Below are positions 10,435 through 16,714 of a DNA stretch of 47,303 nucleotides, in pieces. The stretch covers positions 1 to 47,303 of the forward strand of contig CALVUT010000035.1 in NCBI GenBank assembly GCA_944363675.1, read 5' to 3'. The stretch's first letter is position 1; each line of letters begins with the position of its first letter. The notes beneath the pieces were generated by a model, which had not been told where the DNA came from, made no database searches, and saw only the letters and a list, made by a program, of their open reading frames with translations. This DNA comes from an uncultured Bacilli bacterium. Lineage in GTDB: Bacteria; Bacillota_I; Bacilli_A; RF39; UBA660. Position numbers and translations under genes: made by a program.

Positions 10435-10452
10435 ATGTTTCACGTGAAACAT
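10435..10452. promoter_or_regulatory. parS site 7
   Basis: Exact copy. TGTGTATAA (10425-10433) ends 1 nt upstream. Confidence 0.85.
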
Positions 10453-10460
10453 TAGAGAGA

Positions 10461-10489
10461 TTGATTTTTTATTTAATCTTTGATATCAT
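10461..10489 (+). promoter_or_regulatory. Candidate sigma-A promoter of the SRP RNA gene
   Basis: -35 TTGATT (10461-10466), 17-nt spacer, extended -10 TGaTATCAT (10481-10489). The predicted transcription start is near 10496. Confidence 0.55.
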
Positions 10490-10495
10490 GTATTT

Positions 10496-10573
10496 GTGCA
10501 ACAAATATAATGTAATTTGGTCAGGATCGGAAGATAGCAGCCACGTCATTCCCTGTTTGTGTGCACTTTTTTT
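10496..10573 (+). ncRNA. ffs: Small (4.5S-type) signal recognition particle RNA
   Basis: GGTCAGGATCGGAAGATAGCAGCC matches the universally conserved SRP domain IV (E. coli GGUCAGGUCCGGAAGGAAGCAGCC) with a GGAA tetraloop. The 5' GTGCAACAAA pairs with the 3' TTTGTGTGCAC. A T7 run follows (10567-10573). In B. subtilis scr lies in the same tadA-dnaX neighbourhood. Confidence 0.75.
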
Positions 10574-10586
10574 ATGGGAGTTTATT

Positions 10587-10997
10587 ATGAAGAACTATTT
10601 TGATGTATGTATTGAAGAAGCAAAAAAAAGTTTGGATACAGGGGATGTTCCTATTGGCGCAATACTTGTGAAAGATAAAAAAATTATAGCATTTGGTCAT
10701 AATACACGTGAAAAAGAGCATAACATTTTAGGACATGCTGAAATTAATGTTATCAAGGATGCTTCTAAAATTTTAAGTCGTTGGAATTTGGCAGATTGTG
10801 AGCTTTATGTAACTTTGGAGCCATGTAGTATGTGTAAGGAAGTTATTAAGCAAGCTAGAATAAAAAAAGTTTACTATTTGTTAACAAAATTATCTTTCAA
10901 AAAAGAATATGATCGAACTAATTTTGAAAAAATAGACGGAGAAAACGAACTTATGTACGCTAAAATTCTTGCTGATTTTTTTAAGCAATTTCGTTAG
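10587..10997 (+). CDS. tadA: tRNA-specific adenosine deaminase TadA
   Basis: CDA-fold zinc motifs GHAEINVI and LEPCSMCKE. ATG 10587 sits 7 nt after GGGAG. The longer ORF-track start (10461) would overlap the SRP RNA. Confidence 0.9.
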   Translation: MKNYFDVCIEEAKKSLDTGDVPIGAILVKDKKIIAFGHNTREKEHNILGHAEINVIKDASKILSRWNLADCELYVTLEPCSMCKEVIKQARIKKVYYLLTKLSFKKEYDRTNFEKIDGENELMYAKILADFFKQFR

Positions 10998-11040
10998 TAT
11001 ATGTTATAATAAATAATATTGATAGATTGTGGTGAATTAT

Positions 11041-12651
11041 ATGAATTATAAGGTGTTATATCGTAAATATCGTCCTGATAAATTTTCAAATATTGTAGGG
11101 CAAGATTATTCTATTCAAATGTTGAAAAATGCTATTATTCATCAAAAAATTTCTCACGCTTATTTGTTTACTGGTCCGAGAGGAACCGGTAAAACTTCGA
11201 CTGCAAAGGTTTTTGCAAAGACTATTAATTGTTTGAATCCTATTGATGGTGAGGCATGTGGAAAATGCGCCAATTGCTTATCTTTTGCTACTAGTCCAGA
11301 TATTATTGAAATTGATGCGGCTTCAAATAATGGGGTTGATGATATAAGAGAACTAATTAACAATGTAAAGATTGCTCCATCGACAGGCAAGTATAAGATT
11401 TATATTATTGATGAGGTTCATATGATGACTACAAGTGCTTTTAATGCTTTATTACTTACTTTAGAAGAGCCTCCTAAACATGCTGTTTTTATTATGGCAA
11501 CTACCAATGTTGAAAGTGTACCTATTACCATTTTATCTCGTTGTCAACGATTTAATTTTCAAAAAATTTCACTAGAAAATTTGGAAAAACAAATAAAGTA
11601 TGTTTGTGAAGAAGAAAATATTAAAATTACAGATGATGCTGTAACTGAAATTGCTTCTTTGTCCGAAGGTGGTATGAGAGATGCTCTAAGTTTGTTAGAT
11701 CAACTATCTAGTAATGAAGAAGAAATTACTTTAGATAAGATATTAGAAAATTATGGTTCCATTTCTTCTAAATTTATTAAGGATTTGTTAGAATTTGTTT
11801 CTAATAATGAAGTTTTAAAGGTGGTTGAAGCTATTCAAAATTTAGAAAATACTTCAAGCGATTATAAGGTCTTTATAAAAAAGGTTGTTCAAGAATTGTC
11901 TCATATTGCTGTTTTAATTAAAACAGGTAGTTATAATGGAAATTTTTCTTTTCAACAGGTACGAGATATGATTTTTAAGTTTAATGATATTTTGAATAAG
12001 ATCAATATCAATATGAATCCATTTTCTTTAATTCTTTTGGTTTTTTTGGGAGATATTCAAAATATATCTTCTCAGATTGAGTCAAATGATGTGAATAACT
12101 CATTTTTGGATTCTTCGGATAAATCTTCTGATGAGATTCAAGAAAAAAAAGTTGAAGAAAAAGAGAATGACGCAGATCAAGTCAATGTGTATCTAAAAAA
12201 ATTGCGAGAAATACGTGTTAATAACTGTTTTTATGGTGCAAAAAAGGATTATTTAGTTCAGTACCAGACTGTTTGGAAGAAAGTTTTAGATGATGCTATG
12301 AGTGATCCAAACATTGCTTCTTATGTTTTAGATTTTTCAATTGTTGCAGCTTCATCTGATTATATTTTAATTACTTCTAAGTTAGAAAGTACAGCTAATA
12401 TATTGAATTTAAAATTAGATCAAATGGAAGAGTTGTTAGGACATTATTTCGATAAACCTGTTCATTTTTTTGCATTAAGTGAACAAGATTGGCGAAAAGA
12501 AAAAGAAGAATACATTTTAAAATTAAAGCAAAAATATGAATATTCATTTATAAATGAGTCTATTTTAGATGATATGAAGCCAGAAAAAAATTCTGAACTA
12601 GAAGAAATTACGATAAATGTTTTTAATCGTGATAAAATAGAGATTGTTTAG
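11041..12651 (+). CDS. dnaX: DNA polymerase III subunit tau (DnaX)
   Basis: LYRKYRP N-terminus, Walker A GPRGTGKTS, Zn module CGKCANC, sensor SRCQRF. Low-complexity linker followed by a C-terminal tau-specific region. Confidence 0.95.
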   Translation: MNYKVLYRKYRPDKFSNIVGQDYSIQMLKNAIIHQKISHAYLFTGPRGTGKTSTAKVFAKTINCLNPIDGEACGKCANCLSFATSPDIIEIDAASNNGVDDIRELINNVKIAPSTGKYKIYIIDEVHMMTTSAFNALLLTLEEPPKHAVFIMATTNVESVPITILSRCQRFNFQKISLENLEKQIKYVCEEENIKITDDAVTEIASLSEGGMRDALSLLDQLSSNEEEITLDKILENYGSISSKFIKDLLEFVSNNEVLKVVEAIQNLENTSSDYKVFIKKVVQELSHIAVLIKTGSYNGNFSFQQVRDMIFKFNDILNKININMNPFSLILLVFLGDIQNISSQIESNDVNNSFLDSSDKSSDEIQEKKVEEKENDADQVNVYLKKLREIRVNNCFYGAKKDYLVQYQTVWKKVLDDAMSDPNIASYVLDFSIVAASSDYILITSKLESTANILNLKLDQMEELLGHYFDKPVHFFALSEQDWRKEKEEYILKLKQKYEYSFINESILDDMKPEKNSELEEITINVFNRDKIEIV

Positions 12652-12671
12652 ATAGAAAGAAGGAAATTATT

Positions 12672-12968
12672 ATGAATATGCAGAGTATAATGGCTCAAGC
12701 ACAAAGAATGCAAAGAGATTTACAAAAAAAGAAAGAAGAAATTAATGCTCAATTATTTCCCGGGAAATATGAATTTGTTGAAGTGACTTTGAATGGTAAA
12801 AAAGAATTAGTTAAAATTTCTATTCAAAAAGATTCTTTAGATAAAGAAGATATTGAAATGTTAGAGGATTTTATAGTTTTGGCTCAAAAAGATGCATTAG
12901 CTAAAGTAGATAAGGAATTTCAAGCAAAGATGGGGCAGTATGCTGGTATGCTTGATGGATTAATGTAA
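12672..12968 (+). CDS. ybaB: Nucleoid-associated protein YbaB/EbfC
   Basis: 98 aa. MQ-rich N-terminus (AQAQRMQRDLQKKKEE). Conserved dnaX-ybaB-recR synteny. Confidence 0.9.
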   Translation: MNMQSIMAQAQRMQRDLQKKKEEINAQLFPGKYEFVEVTLNGKKELVKISIQKDSLDKEDIEMLEDFIVLAQKDALAKVDKEFQAKMGQYAGMLDGLM

Positions 12969-12969
12969 A

Positions 12970-13578
12970 ATGAATTCGGTTTATCCTGAAAGTTTGGATC
13001 AAATCATTGAATTTTATAAAAAATTACCTGGTGTTGGTGAAAAGAGCGCAGAGCGTATGGCTTTAGCAACGTTAAATTTGGCTACTGATGATATAGAACT
13101 TTTTAGTAATGTGTTGATTAAAGCTAAAAAGAATTTACATCCGTGTTCTGTTTGTGGAAATTTGACAGATAATGATGTTTGCTCTATTTGTGCCAATGTG
13201 AATCGGGATCATAATTTGATTTGCGTTATTGAGGATTATAAAAGCGCTTTTGCTTTTGAAAAAGCTGGTAATTTTAAAGGAGTGTATCACGTTTTAAATG
13301 GCTTGATTTCTCCTATTGATGATATTGGTGCTGAGGATATTAATTTGTCGTCATTAGTTAAGCGAGTTGATGCTTTAGAATCTCCAGAGTTAATTTTGGC
13401 TTTGAAAAGTTCCATTGAAGGTGAGACTACAACATTATATATTAAAAAAGTTTTTGAACAGAAAAATGTGAAAATATCTAGATTATCTTATGGTTTACCA
13501 ATCGGAGCAGAAATTGATTATCTTGATATGACTACTTTAGATAAAGCATTAAGTGATCGAAAAGTAATTTCAGAATAA
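12970..13578 (+). CDS. recR: Recombination protein RecR
   Basis: LPGVGEKSAERMA helix-hairpin-helix, C4 zinc finger CSVCGNLTDNDVCSIC, Toprim domain. Confidence 0.95.
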   Translation: MNSVYPESLDQIIEFYKKLPGVGEKSAERMALATLNLATDDIELFSNVLIKAKKNLHPCSVCGNLTDNDVCSICANVNRDHNLICVIEDYKSAFAFEKAGNFKGVYHVLNGLISPIDDIGAEDINLSSLVKRVDALESPELILALKSSIEGETTTLYIKKVFEQKNVKISRLSYGLPIGAEIDYLDMTTLDKALSDRKVISE

Positions 13579-13592
13579 TTCTGAAATTTTTT
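13569..13592 (+). terminator. Candidate terminator overlapping the recR stop
   Basis: TTCAGAA / TTCTGAA stem, 3-nt loop, then ATTTTTT. Confidence 0.5.
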
Positions 13593-13616
13593 CATATATT
13601 ACAATGAGGAATGCCT

Positions 13617-13805
13617 ATGCTTAAAAAGATCATTGCTGTATTAAGAAAAATTGTAGTAGCATTTTTATTGTTGTATGGATTAAATTATTTTATTTCCTCT
13701 TTGCATGTTTATATTCCAATTAATGTTATTACTGTTGGAGTAGTTACTTTACTTGGGATACCAGGTCTTTCATCTTTAATTATTTTGTTTTTTATAGTAA
13801 AATAA
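13617..13805 (+). CDS. bofA: BofA-family small membrane protein (pro-sigma-K processing inhibitor-like)
   Basis: Two hydrophobic helices. INVITVGVVTLLGIPGLSSLIIL resembles the BofA C-terminal LG(V/I)PG motif. B. subtilis bofA also lies after recR. Confidence 0.6.
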   Translation: MLKKIIAVLRKIVVAFLLLYGLNYFISSLHVYIPINVITVGVVTLLGIPGLSSLIILFFIVK

Positions 13806-13821
13806 TGATGGGTGAGAAAAA

Positions 13822-14658
13822 GTGCAAAAAAGTAAAGGAATTCAAGAACTTTATCATGAATTTCATGAGAATAAGCTATCTCATGCTTTTTTGCTTGAAA
13901 CAAATGATACTGAGCAGTGTTTAGAAAATTTGTTGCTTTTCTTGGCTAAAATTAATGAAACGGATGATGAACAAGAGAATGCTAAATTACAACGTCTTAT
14001 TACATCTTTAAATCTTCCTAGTTTAATTGTCATTCGACCTGATGGACTTAATATAAAAAAAGAACAGGTTTTAGAGATGATGCAGTCTTTTCAGACGAAG
14101 CCTACATTTTCTAAATATAATATGTATGTGTTTATGAATGCTGAGGCTTTGAATGCATCAAGTGCAAATACAATTTTAAAGTTTTTGGAGGAGCCTGAGG
14201 ATAATATATTGGGATTTTTTATAACAAATAATAAAGAAAATGTCATTGATACTATTCGTAGTCGTTGTCAGATTATTTTAGATTATTATGAAGGAGTTGT
14301 ATCTTATTCGGTACCTAAAGTATGGCATTCAATTGCTATAAATTATATTAAAGAATATGAATCTGTAGGTGATGAAGCCGTTTTATACAATCGAAGTGTA
14401 TTATTACCACTTATTCATGATCGAAAAGAATTGCTTTATTTGTTTCAAAGTTTATTTAAAATTTATGCGGAATTATATCAAGTTAAAATTATGAATTCTG
14501 AACTATCTCAAGAATATGAAAATTTAAGGTTTCTTTTGAAGAAAAATACAGAGTATTTTTTGAAGCAAATGAATTATTTATCTGAATTATTAGATGAATT
14601 AAATTATAATTTAAATATTCAATTTTTACTAGATCGATTTGTTTTAGAAAGTAGGTGA
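13822..14658 (+). CDS. holB: DNA polymerase III subunit delta prime
   Basis: LSHAFLLE, LKFLEEP and TIRSRCQ motifs. GTG start after GGGTGAG. Confidence 0.85.
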   Translation: MQKSKGIQELYHEFHENKLSHAFLLETNDTEQCLENLLLFLAKINETDDEQENAKLQRLITSLNLPSLIVIRPDGLNIKKEQVLEMMQSFQTKPTFSKYNMYVFMNAEALNASSANTILKFLEEPEDNILGFFITNNKENVIDTIRSRCQIILDYYEGVVSYSVPKVWHSIAINYIKEYESVGDEAVLYNRSVLLPLIHDRKELLYLFQSLFKIYAELYQVKIMNSELSQEYENLRFLLKKNTEYFLKQMNYLSELLDELNYNLNIQFLLDRFVLESR

Positions 14659-14663
14659 AGTTG

Positions 14664-15449
14664 ATGAATATTTATGAAGTTCTATTTCACGATAAAGGCA
14701 AAGGGTATTATTTTAATGGGGGACGTTTAAAGATTCCTAATCGAGTGACGGTTATTGTTGAGACTGAAAGAGGATTACAATTTGGTCGTGTTATACGCAA
14801 AATCGACTTATCAACAGTTGATGTTTCTACTTTAAAAAGGATTATTCGCATTGCGACAAAAAAGGATTATGAGCAATATTTAAAAAATTTACGTGATGCT
14901 GAAGAAGCTTTGAAACTTGCTAAGAAGGAAAATGAAAATTTAAATTTAGGTATGAACTTTTTAGATGCAGAGTTTACTTTTGATCGTAAGCAGTTATTTT
15001 TTAATTTTTATGCTGATCAACGGGTTGATTTTCGAGAGATGGCTAAACGTTTGGCTCAAGTTTACAAAACGAGGATTGAGTTAAGACAAATTGGTGCTCG
15101 TGATAAAGCTAGTGATATTGGCGGAATAGGTATGTGCGGACGTGTTCTTTGCTGTAGGGGGTGTCATAAGGTTTCTCAATCTATTACGATGAATATGGCT
15201 AAAAATCAAAATTTAGCATTGAATCCCTCTAAAATTAATGGTGCTTGTGGGCGTCTGCTTTGCTGTTTATCTTATGAAGATTCAGAGTATGTTCGCTGTT
15301 CTTATGGATTACCTAGTATAGGTGATGAGGTAGATACTCCTCATGGTAAAGGTAAAGTTATGCAGATAGATATATTAAATCGTCGAGGAAAAGTTCTTAT
15401 CGATAATCAATTGGAAGAGGTTGTTTGGAATGATGAACAAGACTCTTAA
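14664..15449 (+). CDS. yaaT: PSP1-domain protein YaaT/RicT
   Basis: PSP1-like core with Cys clusters CGRVLCCRGC and CGRLLCCLSYE. Conserved position after holB. Confidence 0.85.
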   Translation: MNIYEVLFHDKGKGYYFNGGRLKIPNRVTVIVETERGLQFGRVIRKIDLSTVDVSTLKRIIRIATKKDYEQYLKNLRDAEEALKLAKKENENLNLGMNFLDAEFTFDRKQLFFNFYADQRVDFREMAKRLAQVYKTRIELRQIGARDKASDIGGIGMCGRVLCCRGCHKVSQSITMNMAKNQNLALNPSKINGACGRLLCCLSYEDSEYVRCSYGLPSIGDEVDTPHGKGKVMQIDILNRRGKVLIDNQLEEVVWNDEQDS

Positions 15450-16143
15450 TTGGCTTTTTGATTATCCCAATTTAAAAGTGTTTCAGTATGAAGAAGGTTT
15501 TAAATTTTCATTAGATTCTATTTTATTATTTGAGTTTGCACAGATAAAAAAAGATGACTATCAAATTATTGATTTTTGTACGGGTAATGCCGTTATACCT
15601 ATTTTGATTCAAAATAAATATAATAAATCTGTTATTGGTGTAGAATACCAAGAAAAAATATATCAATTAGCAAAAGAGTCCGTGCAATATAATCATATGG
15701 AAAAAGAGATAACACTTATTCAAGATAATGTAAAAGATCTAAAAAATTATTTCCCGGGAAATAATTTTGATGTTATTTTATGCAATCCACCCTATTTTAA
15801 ATATGTGGAATCTAGTAATATTAATAAAAATCTTATTAAAAGTATTGCGCGTCATGAGATCTGTATAACATTAAAAGATATTTTTGAAGTAGCAAGTTTT
15901 TTCTTAAAAGATAAAGGAAGATTTTATTTAGTGCATATTCCTGACCGTATTGATGAAATCTTTGTTTATGCTAATCATTGTGGTTTAGCTGTAAAAGAGC
16001 TACAATTCGTTTATTCTAAGGCCGATGAAAAGCCTGTAATGGTTTTAGTTACTTGCGTTAAGGGAGGACGTTTTGGAACTCGAGTTTATCCACCAGTAAA
16101 TATTGGAGGGTTACAAAGTTACCAGGGAATTTTTAGAAAGTAA
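15430..16143 (+). CDS. SAM-dependent N6-adenine methyltransferase (YabB/TrmN6-like)
   Basis: DFCTGNAV SAM-binding motif I and catalytic CNPPYF motif. Confidence 0.75.
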   Translation: MMNKTLNWLFDYPNLKVFQYEEGFKFSLDSILLFEFAQIKKDDYQIIDFCTGNAVIPILIQNKYNKSVIGVEYQEKIYQLAKESVQYNHMEKEITLIQDNVKDLKNYFPGNNFDVILCNPPYFKYVESSNINKNLIKSIARHEICITLKDIFEVASFFLKDKGRFYLVHIPDRIDEIFVYANHCGLAVKELQFVYSKADEKPVMVLVTCVKGGRFGTRVYPPVNIGGLQSYQGIFRK

Positions 16144-16153
16144 GGGATTTTAT

Positions 16154-16705
16154 ATGAAAATGATTGTTGGTTTGGGAAATATTGGCAAGGAATATGCTAG
16201 AACGCGTCATAATGTTGGATTTATGGTTTTAGATTCTTTTGGGAAAGAGTTTACTTTGGAAAAAAAGTTTCAAGCTTATGTTCGAGTAGAATGTATTCAA
16301 GGTGAAAAGTGTCTTTTTGTTAAACCGACTACTTTTATGAATTTAAGTGGTTTAGCTGTTGCTAAGCTTAGTCGCTATTATAATATTGACCCTAGTGATA
16401 TTTTGGTTATACAGGATGATATGGATTTGAATTTTGGACGTCAGAGGTTAAAGATTGATAGTTCTTCAGGGGGACATAATGGAATTAAATCAATTATTGA
16501 TTCTTTAGGGACAACTCATTTTGCGCGATTGAAAATAGGAATTTCTCATGATTTAAAGGGAGATACTGTACAGTATGTTTTAGGAAATTTTTCTAAAGAA
16601 GAGATGGCGTTTTTAAGTCAACATTTTTCTTTTTACCAAGAAATTATTTATTTTTTTATTGAAAACGGAATTGAAAAGACTATGAATCGTTATAATAGTA
16701 AGTAG
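16154..16705 (+). CDS. pth: Peptidyl-tRNA hydrolase
   Basis: MKMIVGLGNIGKEYARTRHNVGF is the canonical Pth N-terminus. GGHNGIK motif. RBS AAGGGA. Confidence 0.95.
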   Translation: MKMIVGLGNIGKEYARTRHNVGFMVLDSFGKEFTLEKKFQAYVRVECIQGEKCLFVKPTTFMNLSGLAVAKLSRYYNIDPSDILVIQDDMDLNFGRQRLKIDSSSGGHNGIKSIIDSLGTTHFARLKIGISHDLKGDTVQYVLGNFSKEEMAFLSQHFSFYQEIIYFFIENGIEKTMNRYNSK

Positions 16706-16714
16706 GGGATTTTG

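Larger units (their letters stand above)
9205..10452. repeat. Non-coding array of seven identical parS palindromes inside duplicated AT-rich modules
   Basis: ATGTTTCACGTGAAACAT occurs exactly at 9205, 9368, 9627, 9814, 9998, 10272 and 10435. Module A (9368-9644) recurs at 9998-10289 with a ~15-nt insertion. Module C (9814-10015) recurs at 10272-10452. No ORF of 60 aa or more in any frame. Confidence 0.9.

Noticed and set aside
9205-10452. CRISPR array hypothesis for the repeated 18-bp palindrome
   Set aside because: The intervals between repeats are 145-256 bp and unequal, far longer than CRISPR spacers. The intervening sequences are themselves duplicated. The repeat is a perfect palindrome identical to parS. 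No cas genes are nearby.
9205-10452. Insertion sequence or MITE with terminal inverted repeats
   Set aside because: No transposase ORF (no ORF of 60 aa or more at all), no target-site duplications. The palindromes are self-complementary single sites, not paired ends.
9190-10460. rRNA or tRNA genes expected downstream of gyrA, by analogy with B. subtilis rrnO
   Set aside because: The region is almost pure A/T with no GC-rich structured segments. No 16S, 23S or 5S signature strings and no tRNA T-loop (GGTTCGAAT-type) were seen anywhere in the window.
10461-10586. N-terminal 42-codon extension of tadA given by the ORF track
   Set aside because: It overlaps a promoter, the SRP RNA and its terminator. 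The conserved deaminase begins at ATG 10587, which has a proper RBS.
10711-10727. Additional parS half-site (CACGTGAAAAA) inside tadA
   Set aside because: Only one arm matches. The other half (AATA) diverges from TGTT, giving more than 3 mismatches to the 16-mer.
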